Positions 12,301-27,300 of a stretch of 64,000 nt of DNA are shown here, piece by piece (within the stretch, counting starts at the first letter, position 1; the number at the start of each line of letters is the position of its first letter). This DNA comes from Candidatus Omnitrophota bacterium (GTDB lineage Bacteria > Omnitrophota > Omnitrophia > Omnitrophales > Aquincolibacteriaceae): positions 84,634-148,633 of the forward strand of contig CAIOAT010000047.1 of assembly GCA_903856085.1 (NCBI GenBank), written 5' to 3'. The notes beneath the pieces were generated by a model. The model saw nothing but the letters and a program-made list of their open reading frames with translations. It was not told the origin of the DNA and ran no database searches. A program made the translations under genes and the position numbers.

Positions 12301-15300
12301 CGATGCGGAACTCCTTCAAAAGATCCGTAATGTACAATGCCTTGGCCTGTTGCAAGCCCTCGAGACCGCCGGTCCCCTTGCGATTATCATTCCCCATTTG
12401 ATAGGTTGACCCATGAAGCACGGACTGGATCACGTCCTTCATCTTGGCGTAAAGGTCGAAGAGACCTTGTTTGGGGACATTGCTTCTGTCGTTGGCCGTA
12501 GTGCCCCACAGATCATCGCCGCGAAGGTTATCGGTCAGCTGTTGGACATAGGCCACGATAGGAGGTTGGCCCGGCAGAGTCGGACCTTGTAAACGCGTAT
12601 CGTAAGCATAACGTATGAAATACGGGTTGCTTGTCTGCGCGGAAGAATTATTATTGTTGTATACGTCACCCTGGCTGATACTCGCAGTCACATCGCCGAA
12701 AATTTTCTGCAGCCGGCCGTTCGGGCCGAGCATGGAATTGGCGAAATCATCCACGATCATCTGGATGCCACCGTTAAAACTTCCCTGCGAAGGAACGTGC
12801 CCGCCGGCCTCAAAGCCCGTCGTGTTATAAGCGTTGACCAGTACGCCGTCGCTCTTCGGCTTTTGGATCGTGCGTAGATCGCGCCCGGAATCGGTGGCGA
12901 AGTCCTGGAACGCGGCACCATTCGAATCTCCGTGCAGCAGGAACTTCCGACGAATCTCTTCCATTTTCTTGGCATAAGTCCCCTTGATCGTCGCAAAAAC
13001 GGGCTGGCCGTCTTCGATCCCCACCTGGACTTTGTTGAAGCGGTTGTCCCCGATGATCGAATTTTTATAAATATCCGTGATAATGGCGAGCTTGCTGTTC
13101 TTGTACATGGGGATCGTTCCGTAATTGACGAACTCCTGATCCGTGATGATCCCGTTTTGGAGAAGCATGTAGAGCCCGTTTAAGAATGTGCTCGACGAAG
13201 TCATGGTCGTATCGGTCGAGTCCTTCCCTCTGAGCTCATCCAACTGTTCCTGCGCCATCGACTCATCCAGCGTGGCGCCGGTGATGCCGAGGACATTCAC
13301 CACTCTTTCGTTGAAATCCTGCTGGGATTGGAAATACTTGGGCGAATCGCCCGTGATCTCGCCCACCATGCGCACGAGCTGCTTTTCCGATTCGGTGAGC
13401 CCTAGCTCCATTTTGCTGCCGATCATCGTATCAAGGATCTTGAGACCCACTTCTTTAAAGACCGCGGCCTGTTGTGCCGGGGTGTCCGTCCCGAAGCCGT
13501 AGATATCGAACGACTTGAGGAAGAGCGCGAATGCGGCATCCAGGCTATGGCCCTCGGTACCCGTAAGCATCGGCCGCCACCAGCTCTCCGACCCCATGTC
13601 CGGAATGATGTAATTGTTGGCAAAGGTGCCGTAGAAGAGGTCGTTGAGGGCTTCCGTCAGCGCCTTGAACTGCCTGTAATAGGCCTGATCCAGCACTTCC
13701 TGGCGGGCTTCCGGAGTAAGGAAGTGGTTGTACGGACTATTGTAATCATTGTAAACCAGATACATCTGATGAAGCTCGGTGCCCAAGGCCCGCATGACAC
13801 GGAAAGCCTCTTTGACGACGCCCTCGCCCAGTTGCGCGGCAACATTCTGATAACCGGCCATCTGGCGCAGGCTCGTGATCTTGTTCTCAAGGCCTGCGGC
13901 ATCTACCATGAGCTTGTCGACTTCGCCCCTGTAAGCCACAAGCGCCGTTTTGGCCTTGGAGGTATACGTATCCCAGGCCTGCTTCTCGGCCTCGTCGAAT
14001 TTTCCGTTCACAAGATCGATGCCTGTGGTAGCCGAGGAAGTGGAGAGGACATTCTTGGATCCGGTGCCGCCGACATGCGTGTTGTAGACCCGTTCCAGAT
14101 AAGTCTCGATATTTTCCTCCGGATTCGCGCTCAAGGCCGGCATGTCTTTGGCGGTCTCGAGGTGGAAGATCGTTCCCTTGTAGATATCCACGATCTGATC
14201 GAACCACTTGTCGAACTGATCCGTCATCCAGGTCAGGCCGCGCCCCATCACGTCTGAGGATTCCTCGCCTTTTTTGTTGACGCTCACGGTGATGAACTGA
14301 CCCGGATTTTTCGGATCGGGGATACGGACGTCCTCGATCTGGTCCTTGGTCAGGTACATCGTCATATCGTGGAGGATGCCGAAATTGCCCTCGCTGATGG
14401 ACTCCAAAGGCGATGTCAAATCCAGTTCAAACGGATTGCCCCAAACCTCGGAGAAATCGCCGAGCATGTAACGCACCAGGTAATCGCGGTAAGCCTTCTT
14501 GTATTCGTTCAGCGCATAAACCGTGCTAAGGAACTCCTGCTCCCCGCTCTGACCGGCGAGAGCGCGCTTACGGGCCGCTTCCAGGAGGTACTTCGCCATC
14601 GTGGTCTCGAGGTCTTTTAATTTATCCGCCAGCAGTTTTCCTCCGGACCCGATTTCATTGACATAGTCGCGGTAATAATCCTCCTCAGTTTTCTCGAACC
14701 AATCCTGGGACGCGTCCTTGGAGGTCATATTTTCTTTAATGAGATTCGAATAGGCGCTTAATTGATCCACCTTGGTCGGATCTGTCGGAGCGTAAGCCGT
14801 AACGGACTTTTCCACCACCGTGCGGGTCGGGAGATACTTGTTGAGGATAAAATCCTTGTATTGCTTCGCGAGAGTCCCATCCTCATCCGCATTCGTGGCC
14901 AACGCGGGCATGAAGTCGGTATCAATCGCATTTTCAGGATCAAGACCGGCTTTGGCTTCATTGTTTACGAGATCGAGCACCGTCTTGGTCGCCGCATCAG
15001 TGCCCTTTGCCTTGACCGTTTCCTGATAGGAACTGTTGGCGATCTCGCGTTGAATGATGTAGCGGACCGAGGAGGCGTATTGCAGCTTCCAGGAGAGCGA
15101 GCTGTCGCTATCGAGGATCTTCAGGGCCTTGTCCCGCAGGTTCGCCACGCTGTCGTAACGGCTGGGATCCGTCCGGTTGAGCTCTTCCAACTGAACCGGC
15201 AGATTGTAGGATTCGAGTGAAGTGCGGAGATCCACCGCCAGCTCATTCGTCGAAAATTGCGTCCGGATGTTGCCGTACTCCTGGATAAAACGCTTGGCGA

Positions 15301-18300
15301 CATCCACATACTGATAATATTGCGTTGAAATATAGTCGAGCATGTGCATGACAGGGTCCGAATAGAAATTCGGCATGGCGCTGACGTCCGTGATGCTTGA
15401 GCCGATAAGGGTCAGAACGCTCTGGTCCCACTGGCGCTTGATCTGCGTCGCATCGAGCCCGCGGAAGATATCGTCCATCTCAAGGACCAGAGCCTTGTAG
15501 TGGTCGATATTCTCGAGCAGCGGATTCACGATCTCGTGGTTCGAAGAGTCAAAACCGCTGATGGCTTCTTTCGGGTTTTTCATCAGAGTTTCGGTGAATT
15601 GCACCAACTCAGACATGATGCTGTTCAGACGGCTGACGCCTGCCATGCTCACGTTGGCCGAATCGCCGGTATAAACCGTCGAACCCTTATCCCAGATCGG
15701 CTCGATGACGTCCATAAAGAAGGTCTGGAATCCGCTCGCGCTGATCTCCGCCGCGCTCTCGGCCGTGAACGTGTTCGTCATACCCTGGTTCTTGTTCAGC
15801 ATGCCGGCAAGGCTCTTCAAGCCGCTCACGGTGTCAAGTGTCAGGTCCGCGGTCTGCTTGATCGTGTTGTGGAAGAGCATTTCAACCTGGTAGTCGTAGC
15901 GGTCGATCTGGCCGGTGGTGTAATTGTCGGCATTGATCAGGGCATCCTTGGCTGCACTCGTCGGAACAAGGAGGTCCTCGCCTTCCGAAAGGGCCGTGAT
16001 ATCTGTCCAATTCTGGACGTCCTGCGTGAATTTGACCGAATTGGGCTGCGACGATGAGGCCAACAGGAAAGCCAGGACATCTTCCTCCGGAGCTTTTTTG
16101 TCGGCGAGTTCCGTGGAGCTGACCATGTACGAGGTGCGTCCGCCGACAAGCCGATCGTTCTGGATCGCTGCATTCCGCGTCGAGATCTCCTTGCGAAGTT
16201 CCGCGTCCTTGGCCTGCTCCGTGATGTAGGTCTCGTATTCGGTTCGGGCGATCTCAATCCAGTTCTTGTCAGCGTTGTCGGAATACAACTGACCCGACTG
16301 ATTGTCCTTCGTCGCAAGACCGTTTTGAACCTTGCCCATCAGCTCAGTGTATAAAGTCTTTTTGGCCGTAAAGTACTGGGCTTCCTGGGCAATCATGTTG
16401 TTCATCAACGTGACCAGTTGTCCGCCCGCATGCGCACCGGTGGTTGTGGATGTATACTCGACGCGCTGGATATAATTGTCGTCTTTCACGCCCTTGCTAC
16501 TCACATTGGTATTCCAGTTAACACCATTCGTATTAAGCGATGCCGCTGCCGACAGGGAACCAACGCCTGAAACAGCACCGGAATTCCCCTTAGGTCCAAA
16601 GGCTGTGTAATCCCAACTAAAGAGTTCACTGATAAGCGATGTGTCATTCTTGTAATTGATCTGCATCCGCGGGAATTCTTCGAGGAAGAGATTGCGGACC
16701 GACTTCCCCGCCACGGGCGTCAGGTAATCCCCCGTACCGCAAGCTCCCGTGCTTCCGGAGCCATTGGTGCACTCGTTCAAATACTTTGTCATGAAATCAT
16801 CTACGCTGAGGGTCCCGGTAAAAGCGGGATCGCGCTCCCGAACCTGAACATACCGCTGGATCTCATGCGTCAGGCTGTCATCCAGACTCACAGCGAGATT
16901 GGTCTGCGCGTCCCCGGAGCCTAGCGCAAGAGCCGTCGTCTGATCGTCCGGGTTGAAACTATTCAGCGGGTTGTCGTCCTTGAACATCACCCCCGAGAGA
17001 TCATTCAGGAAGCTCTGGAAATACGAGACCGAGACTTTCCCCGTCGAATCCACGGCGCCGCCTGAAGTAAAGGTCAAATTCCCTACGCTAAAAGTGTCGG
17101 TCTTATCAAAATACGATGAGCCCGGCGTCAGGATCGGGAAATCGAGGCCGTACTCAGACGCCGTATTCTGGGGATTGTTTATAGTATCAACGGCAGCTAT
17201 ACCTCCGGCGACAGCACCCGCAACAGTTCCAGTAGAACCGCCTGAAAGCAAGCTCGCCATCCCGAGCAATGTGGCCAAATAGCCGGCGGTGTTGGTGTAG
17301 TTGCCATCGAGCGGAATTTTCCTGGAGTACCAATCCATGAGGGCACGCGTATTCCCGTTAAACTGAGCCTCACTTGAGACAAGATACTGACCGCCAACCT
17401 TAATGCCCGCGACATCTTGAATCAGCGACCATTGATAGAACTGAGCCTGCAGGGTTTTCATGGAAGTCATGATCGACGTATCCGCCGTCGCGCGGTTCGC
17501 ATCCATTGCCGTGGTAAAATTTGAGAAGGCGGTTTCGATATCCGCCATGGCGGCCTTGAGCGGTGACGCGTCGCGGGCCACAACGCCGGATGAATAGACC
17601 AGACCATCGAGCTGCGGACTTTGGTTCGAAACAATGTCGTAAATATCCCCGTTGATGATGTGATTCGTGTTGTCCCCGCCGGTGGCGCGCGTCACGCTCA
17701 CAAGAGGACTGACCGTCGTGTTCGCCGTAAAACCGTTCTTTCCGAGGTCCCCGGACCCGCCAAGGATGAAATCGAGACGCTCGCGGTATTCCGAGAAATA
17801 CTTTGAGCGAAGTGTCGTCGGCGCAAGCGGATAAGAGGACATGTCTTGCGGGATAAAGGCGAGCGTGGATTTATTCACCAGCGCGGTCGCGTCATAGCTG
17901 GCACCCAGCTGGTAAACACGCGCCTCGATCGACGACGAATCGAACACCTTGGTCAGCGTGATCTTCTTCGTCAGAGAGTCATCACTCAGATCGTTCCCAT
18001 CGGTGATGTTGACCCAGGTATTCCCCACTTTCTTTTGCGGGCGGTAGATCATCGTGGTTCCGGAATATCCCGCCACATCTTGCTTGTTGTAGACCTGGAC
18101 CTTGTAATAGTAGCCGTCTGCATCCTTTTGGACCGTGGACTGATAATCAAAATTCCCGATCGAATCGCTCGTAAGTCCGGTCGCATTCCCGGCAAGACTC
18201 ACGATCGAGCCCGTCTTGGAATCGAATTCAAAGCGGACGGCGCGGCTGGACTGGAAGGCAGCGCTCAGGCCCGCGAGCTGGTCCGCGCTCTCGGTGGTCT

Positions 18301-21300
18301 CGTCGTTATGGAGCAGCTCGAGTACCCCGTCGGAGCGGCGGCGCAAGTGGCTGTATTTGGTATAATCGCTGTACTTGGTCGGGATCGTCTGGTTGTAATA
18401 TTCCTCGGCATCTTCCGCGATAAAAACGCCTTGTTCATAGACGAGGACATGCCGCGTATCCTTGAACGGGAGTCCGACCTCGGTCACCCCGAATTGCGGG
18501 GTCAGGTGCTCGATGTAAGTTTCCTTCATCTTCATCGGAACACCGTATTCGTCGCGGATCACCCAGGAATTACGCAAATCAACAGCATTCAGGGGCACAT
18601 CGGCCGAGACGTTTCTCCCCTCCGCTCCGTTCATGGGAACGATATACCGGTCATACGTGTAGGCGCGCACCGTCGCGAACGCCGACCGGTCATCGATACC
18701 TGTTCCACCGCTCAAGAAGGATTGCCTGACAGCGTCGTAGAGGCTGGCATTCTCTGTGCTGAGACCCGCGCCCGGCGCGGAATCGAAGGCGATGTCGTAG
18801 AGCTTTTCGTTTTCACGGCCCATGACTGAGATATTCCCGTCGGAATGAAGGATATAAGTCTCGATCGGCTTGCCCGTGGAGTCTTTCATGATATTGCCGC
18901 TTGTGTCACGCATGTAAGAGTACCGCTCCACATTTCCGGTTCTGTCCACGGTCAGGAGCGTCATCCCCTCGGCATCGGTAATGACTGAAGTGTGGTCCGA
19001 AGTCGCATTGTACAAAGGATTGTTCGTCACCTTCTGCAACTCATCACTGCCGATGGTTGAGCTGAATATCTGACTGACCCACGAACCGTCACCGTTTTTG
19101 ATCTTGCTGGGGTCGGTATGGGCGATCGTCAAGACCGGTCCGTTCGTGCTGCTCTGGTAATAGTCGTAGTAGTGAGTGACGCCGTCAGATTCCACGGTCC
19201 GGTCGATCCTCTCCTGGCCGCGGGGACCGCTATAATACGTGAAGGTGATCTGACTTTGCTCGACGCCGGTTTGCGGATAAGCCACCGCCGTGGTCTGGAC
19301 CAGCCGGTCATTTGCATCGCGATAATAAGTCGTGTAGGAATAGATCTCGTTCTGGAGGCTATAGCCGGTGATGTTCCCGGAGGCATCGCGCGTCGGACGG
19401 GCCGCCTGGCGGTACTGCTCCGTCGCCTTGATGAGTTCAAAGCCCTTGGATCCCGTGTACTCCTGGACCACGAGGATCGGTGTGGCCTCGCTCGCCTCAA
19501 GATGTTTGATCATCGGATCCTGACCCGAGAGCAGTTGAATCAGCGTTGTGTTCTCAAGGGAGAGTGTCACCACCTCAGTGATCGCGCCGTAAGAATCGTA
19601 ATGATAGATATCCACAGATTCCACGTCTGCGACGCTGTCGGCCCGGAGCTTCACGGCACGGTAGACTTTCTCCTTGCCCTGGTCGCCGGCGTAGAAAATA
19701 TAGGTGTGCTGGAAGGATCCGCTCGAGTAATACGTCGTCTGCAGCACGAAATCCATGTCACCCGCATCGCTCGCCCCGTCCTTGTCCATATCGAATAGTT
19801 TGAGATCAAGACCCGTCGTGCTCTCGCTGCCGCCGGCCTCTGCGCCGTATTGATAGGCATTATTCTGATTCGAGGTCTGGGCGGAATTCGGCGGAGGAAG
19901 ATCTAGCGCGGTTCTCCGGCCACGCGCCAGGCTATCCTGTACATTGATCAGCTGGCGATCGCCCGTGACCGATACGGCATGCTCATAATCTTTCTCACCT
20001 TCATAAATCGTTTCGACCATGGTTTTCTTCAAGGTCGTACCGTCGGGAGTTTCCATCGGCTCAAACGCGATCAGTTGTGTCTTCCTCAACGCCCCCGTCT
20101 GCGGATCGTAGAAATTGAAGATGCGCTGTTTGGGATACCGGTCGGTTCCAGTAATGGCATCCGCTTCTTTGAGATCCGCGGTGTACAAAGGCGCAAGGGC
20201 ATTCGCGTCACTTCCCATGTCCAGATATTCATCCGTGGTCAGAAGGACTTCTTTCCCGCTCGACCCTTCATAGATCGCCTGACCGGTGATCTGGTAGCTG
20301 TCCTTTCTCATGTAATCCACGCGCTGCAAAGCGCCGTCGGTTCCATACCACGAATAGTTCGTCGTCAGGACGGAGCCGTCCGGAGCGTAATTCGTGACCT
20401 TCGAGGTTTTTTCCGCGTCTTTTTCGCCAAAATAATCGATAACGGTGGAGACATAGTATTGAGGCTCACCTTTTTCAGCTTCATTGGAGTAGGTCACGAT
20501 CCTCGTTTGGGCGCCCAAGGATTGGCCGTACTGGGTTGCCTGGGACGAAACATAATTGGCTACTTGGGAACCGCTCGTTGCCGCCTGAAGCGCGACTGTC
20601 GCAATATTCGCCATGCTTTGCAGTTTTACAATGCTTGGATAATCGCTCGTGAGCTTTTGCAACGCATTGACATTCGTCGTGATGCCGGCTTTCAATTTTG
20701 TGATTGTTGCGTTCAGAGTGCTGATATCCGAATTGACGTTGGCTTGGCGCAAGACGCTCAAAAGCTGGTCGATGGTCGTCGAATCCGAAAGAACCTGGTT
20801 CTTGAGCCGGATGCCATCGGAAAGGGCGACGCTATTCTGCAAAATGCTCGTCGGACCTGTAGCGGCCAACTGCGGCAGCATGTTGTCGATCTCCTGGATC
20901 TGTTCGTCGATTCCCGCGATTTTTGTTTCCAGAACATGCCGCGATAAGGCGACCGTCGAATCAACCAGTGGAGAGTGAAGAGTAGCATTAAGCGCATCCC
21001 TCTCGGCCTGCAATGCAGGTTTCGCTTTTGTGGCGGCGTCGCGCGCCGTTTCGACAAAACCCGGGATATTGCTCAGCGCATTCGCGAAATAGCCGCTGTC
21101 GTCTTTTTGCTCGGCTGACTGGAAAGTCGACGATGCGAGGCTGAAGTAAGACTCGGCGAGATTGATGTAGGCGACCGTCAGGTGGATCTTGTTATTTTCC
21201 GTCTCCGGCCTGGCCTTGGCGATGATCGGATCGATCATCGTATGAATGTCCGCAACCCCCTGATCAATCGTGATCCACTGGGGATTAATATCTTTCTTTG

Positions 21301-24300
21301 TTTCATCGTAGTAATTCTTCATGGAAGTGGCAGTCTGGAGAGCCTCCGCAATGATCGTTTGATTATCGGTGACAGGCGCGCCGGCGATCCGCTTATAGTC
21401 CCGGGCCATCTCGATCGAGGATAACAGCTGAGCGTTCTCATCCTGCAGGGACTCGAGCTTCGTGATCGTGTTGGAAAGAGTCTGGGCCGTGTACTGAACC
21501 TTGCCGGCCTGAATACTCGCTTTTTCCTTCAGCTGATCCGCCTGATCCCCAAGCCCACGAACTGCCTGCGCCACATACATAGGCACATCGCCGTATTTAT
21601 TGCCATCCCCGACCCCTTCCTGCCCCGAATCGATCGTGTCCCAGAGTTTTTTCGCCGCAGTGGCGATGCCGAGTTTCTTTGCGCCCTCGATCTCCAGGAT
21701 CCTCATGTCGCTCTTGGCCTGGATCATATCCGTAAATTGCTGCGCCATCTCGGCCACAAGTCCGATAGCTCCCGGGTTCGACCCTCCCGCTTTGATCGCC
21801 TCAGACATTTGCGTAGCCTGCTTTCCTTTCGCCTGGGCGGAATCATACGCCTCTTTCATGGCTTTTCTTGCAAGCACCATGGCCTCATACAGAACCTTCG
21901 CCTTCGTTTTTGCCATGACGGGATTCCCGTCCTTATCAAGCAGCCCGGTATCGGTAAATTCCGCCTGCGGATCGCCGAACGTCACGGTCTCGTCCCACGA
22001 AACATCGGTGGTAGGGATCAGATTCGCGGATCCCGACGAAGCGGTGATCTTGGCGGCCTTATCGGCTTTTACATAATCGATCTTCGCAAGATCGGCCCAC
22101 TCGCGCAGTCTCACAAGCTTGTCTTTTTCCTGCTGAAGGGCGGTTTCTTTTTCGGTCTCTTGAGCTTGAAGATCCGACAGAATCCGGTTCTGATTAAGAA
22201 GATCCGCCTGCTGTGCAGCGATCAGCTGATCAAAATCATTCACGGCTTGAATCTTCGCCATATATTCCGTAATGGCGGTTTCCAGAGCAGCTTTACGAGC
22301 GTCCGTCGGAGATTGAGCAAATTCCTTTTGGAGCTTCCGCATCAGGGCATCAGCATCCGCCGCCTGCTTTTCCGCCTCCGTCTTGAGCGTTTTGAGCAAG
22401 TTGATCTGCGTTTCGATCCCGGACACCTTGTATTCCTGAGGGGTGAGTTTTTCGCGCTTAAAAGTATCCAACGCCGTTTGAAAAACAGCCACGGTCGACG
22501 TCTGATCATTCCATTGCCCCTCGACTGAATCCCACTGGCTCTTTTTCACGTCCCTGTCGGAATTAAGACTCGCGACTTCCGTCAGAAATTTCCGGCGGGC
22601 ATCGAGGAAAGTCGAGATCCACTGGCTCTGCTGGTCGAGCGCCAGCTTGTACTGGTCAAAGATCTGGTAAAGGGCCGCATTCTTCGGATCGACGCGCGAG
22701 AACGCGGACTCCAAAAGGGCCCCGCCGAGATTCGCTCCGGCCTCGGTAAAGAGGACCGCCGGCAGAAGATCATTGATCTGTCCAATCTTTTCGGCCCCGA
22801 TGTTGATCAGATCCGAGAGCACGCGCGATGGAACCGCGGACTCGAGGGCTTGGTCTTCGAGCATCATGCTGGCAAGTCGGTTCACGACATCCGAGAATCC
22901 TTTGGATTTATCGAATAAGTACTGGATATCCTGCTCGACTGAGGAAAGCTGGCCGAACTGCTTTTTAAGCGCCTCGGCATTCGTGCCGCCGATATCCCTG
23001 AAGACCGACGCCTGCTGGGACGCACGGTCCGAGGCCCCTTGCATGGCGGTCTGTTCCTTAAGATCATTCATAAAACCGGCAAGCATGTCCCGGCCCTCGT
23101 TCCCGCCCATCCGGATGCCGTTGAGCTCGCCCTGGACGATATCCCCGAAATCGGCCACGCGCTTGGAGAAATCATAGAGCCTGCTGAGGTTGGACAGATT
23201 GAGCACCTGGTTTCTCCAGACGAGATCGGGGAAAAGCATCGCGTTCAGATTGACCGGCGAATGGACCATATCCGCATACCGGCTGGCGTGATCCTCGGCG
23301 GTGATCAGCGCATACTTGCTGGCTTCCAAATTGCCGTCGGCCGTATCGACCGCCGTTTGCTTTGTTGCAAGGTCTGTCGCGGCCTGGGCCTTCTTGACCT
23401 GATATGCGTCAATTTGTGCGTAGACTCCGGTCGCAACCGTTGCAGGAGTTCCGCCCGCTGCCGGGGTTGCGGGAACTCCCAGTTTATCGGTCAATTCCTT
23501 CATTTGAGCCTTCACAAGATCCAACTGCGCCTGCAAAGCCGCCACAGTATTCGTCTTGGAGTCCACTTCGGCCGTCGCGTCCGCGATCTTTGCCTTCAGA
23601 TCCTGGTATTCCGCGTAGTGAGGATCGTTGACGGGAGGCGGAATAACCGTAAGTCCCAGCGAATTCAATTTGGCTTCAAATGTCGCTTTCTTGCTCTTGG
23701 CGATATCAAGCTGATAACCGGCCAGTCTCTTCTGGTCCGTATATTTCGTCTGATTCAGCATCTTGATATCGACCTGATCGCTCAGGCTCGTCTTAAGCGT
23801 CGTATAATAATCCAGCAGCTCTGCTGCGCGTTCCTTAACGACCTCGGCATCCTTCGCAGCCTTGTTCGCAGCTTCAACAGCATTTTCCTTCTCATTCACC
23901 GCTTGCTGTTTATCTCTGACACCCGCCCAGTCGATCGTTGCGTTTGGGGCGTCGGTCCCATTCAAAAAGCGGTAAGCCTCCGCCGTCATACGTTTGTTGT
24001 AGGCAGCAATGCGACTCGAATCGAGGGTGGTCTTGGCCGTTGTAAACTCTGAGTACGCCGCATCCATGGCGGCTTTCGCCTCATTATAGAAAGTCTGCAC
24101 GTTTTTAAAAGCGGTCGCTGTCATCAGATCGTTCTGAACGTTATATTCCGGGCTCCCTCCGGCGGTGGTATTCAGCTTCCATTCTCCCTCATCAAAAACA
24201 CCGTCCCCGTTTGCGTCGTCCCAGTAACCGTTAGCCTCGCTGCGGGCACGTTGAACGGTTTGCAGTGCTACATACGCCTCGGCCTCCTGCTGGCTGAGAA

Positions 24301-27300
24301 GCTCATATTTCGATTTCGCCTGATCAACCTTCTTCTGATTTGCATCCGCCGTGTACTGGGCGTTGTAATAATCCACCCACAATTGGCGCCATGCCGCCTG
24401 GGTGTGGTTGGCAGCAGCGGCCTCCTCAGGAGTTGCCTCCACATAAGCGGTGGTTTGGGTGGGATGTGGTTTGAGGAACGGGAATTCGGCTTTGTAATAA
24501 GCATTCGCCTCGGCGGCGGTCGCAGTCGATGAATTAAAATCACCGCCCACTTTATTCCTATCACCTTTCACCTGATTGTAATAGGCGTCAATCGCTGCCG
24601 TTCTGTTTTGGAGCGCAGCAGCCGCATTCGCGTTCGCTGTCGCGATCTTCGTGTTGAGAGACGTGATCAAGTTGGGGATTTCGACATAAGATTTAGCATT
24701 CAGTTTCGTCAGCTGGTCATTCAGCTGATCGCTGAGTTTCTTTTGTTCCTGCCAAGATGTTTTCGCAGACTGGGTCATCGGATGACTTTCTCCGTAGTCA
24801 GGAGATGCCACCAATTGATCATAGGTCGCTTTGGCATTAACCTCTTTTTCGCTCTGGGCGTCGTATTGGGCCTGGAGAGACGGGATATCGACATTGTCGA
24901 GGATCAGCTTTTCACGCTCGAGTCCCATGATCCTGAGCTGGTTATCAAAAGCACCTTGTTTCTCCAGATCCGCGGTATCGAACACCCCCTGACGGTCGTT
25001 CCCCACCCTCTGCAGCAGCGAAATAGTTCCGCCCAAGCTCTGCGTCCCGGTGATCTGGACCTCAAAGCTGAGCTGCGCTCCGGTGGTGGGATCACTCCAG
25101 ACGAACTGATCGCTCGACGTGATCGTCTGCCTCGTGCCGTTGGCATTCGCGTAATAGAACTGGCCCTTCGAGGTATCAAATTTGAACTTCACGCTTTGAG
25201 CCGCAACGCCTGGTAGTGCTATCGTCACATCTCCGTTCGTAAGGTTCGGAGGATACGTCGCCGCGGTTTTGACGCCGTCGGTGGTGTAACCGAGCCAGTA
25301 CAAATATTCGTCGTAATACGTGTCGGAGACCTGTGTGTTCGCAGCCGCAGTCTTTTCCTTCCGTTGGGCGGCCTCATAAGCCTCTTTGACCTCGGACTTG
25401 AGCTGGCCGGTCAGGGTATTGGCATCGTCTTCGATCGTGGCCGACAAGCGGTCGATGGCCAAAACGACCCGCGACAACTGCGCTTCCGACTGGTCCAGAA
25501 CGCCCTGGAGCGACGACATATTGGTGATGAATGTCTTCTGGAGCGTCAGGCCGACCTGGATATCGAAATTTTCCTCCCGGCGACGATCGTAGAGATATTC
25601 GCTCATCTTCTGCTGGCTCACAAAGACATCCTCGTCGGCTTTCGCCTGGATGCCGGCGACCTGGAGGGTCCCGACCTGGCTTGTGACCGTCGTCGCCAGC
25701 GCGTCGTACTTCTTCAATTCAGTGTCTTTTTCAGCAAGTAAAGCTCGCATGCTTTTCCCATCCGGATTCTTAGTGGTCTTGACGCCATCTTTATCGAGAT
25801 CCTTGTCAAGTTTGTCAGCAACCTTGTTGAACCGGTCCACAAAAGCCGTGAACGCTGCGTGGGCATCGCTGGCAAGGGCGCGCTTCTGATCCGCCACGTG
25901 TCCGGCAGCTGACAAATACGTTTCCGTCGTGTCACCATCACCGTCATAGTCGTTGGTGTCGGGTTGCTGCGAGAGCCCTAGATTGTCGTAGTAGTTTTGG
26001 GCCTGCGCGGCATCCGCTTCCGCATTCTTCCACGCCGAGCGCAGATCCTCTTTCTGGGTGATAATCTGAGTGTCCGCCTTGGCCAGCTGCAACGCCTTCA
26101 AATCCACTTCCTTGTTATCAAGCGCCGCTTGATACTCGGCCTCGGCCTTGTCAAAATTTTTCAGGATCTGATCGTACCCGATGGCTTCCCAGGTACCGGC
26201 CGTCGCGTTACTATCACCGGAATGTAACGCTTCGAGTTGTTTCTGGAGATCGCTCAGCGTCTTCTCGGCTCCTACCACGGCCGTCGCGGTTGACGTGGCC
26301 GCCGCGCCGTGGAGTTCGCCGTTCGCCTTGGTCTTCGCGTCCTGAGCCAGCTTAAGATCGGCATTGAGCTTATCCGACTCCGCTTGCAACTGCGTCACCC
26401 TGTCGCTCAGGCCCGTGTAATAGGTTTTCTGATCGATGAATTTCGTCAGAACGCTCTCATTCGAAGCGTTCAAGGTGAAAATCGGCTTTTCGATCTCATC
26501 CTGGGGATCATTCGCCGGGTCGAGCGTGCCATCGCCGATCAAATCCGTCACCGTACCGATCGCTCCGTCATAGCTCTTGAAACGGAATCTCTGCAGGAGC
26601 GGAGTGCTTTCATCCGGTTTGCTCATTTCGAGCTTGAATCCATAGGGTGGACGCGCGTCATCCGCCTTTGCCGGGATCGTGATGAACGATCCGTCGATGA
26701 TCGTCCGAGGCGGATCAAAACGCATGACCCGATCCGAAAAGATTGTTGCATTGATCCCGATCGTCTTCTGCATGGCTGCAACCGCATCGGCCCGGACCTT
26801 GGCGTTTGCGCTTTGGAGAAGGGCCGCGGCATTTGCCTTTTCAAGATCGGTTGTGGCATTATTCGAACTCACAATCGTCAGATCCTTCTTCAATTGCGAA
26901 TCCGCTTGCGTCACCGTATCAACGAATTTCTGGTACGCATCCTTCTGTTGAGACGAAGGCATATACGGCAATTTAATCTCCGTGATCACCCATCGACCGA
27001 GCGGTTCGGTTTGGCCTTCGACCGTGGTCTGATCTCCCGCACCGATCCACTGAACCTTCACCTCAACCTCATTTTTCACAAACACCGGCGAGCTCGTCGT
27101 ACGGATAATTTTATCGAGCGGGCATGCCGCCAACGAAACACCGGAAACGCTGCACCCGGCAGCGCTCGAGTAAGTCACATAGCCGGACGACAGCGGAGTT
27201 TCATTCCCGTCGATGACGCCGTTCCCGCAAGTAGATGGATTTCCGCAAACTTGTTGGGCGTTCACAGAATTGGCAGCTTCATCGCCCAGGAGCGCCATAT

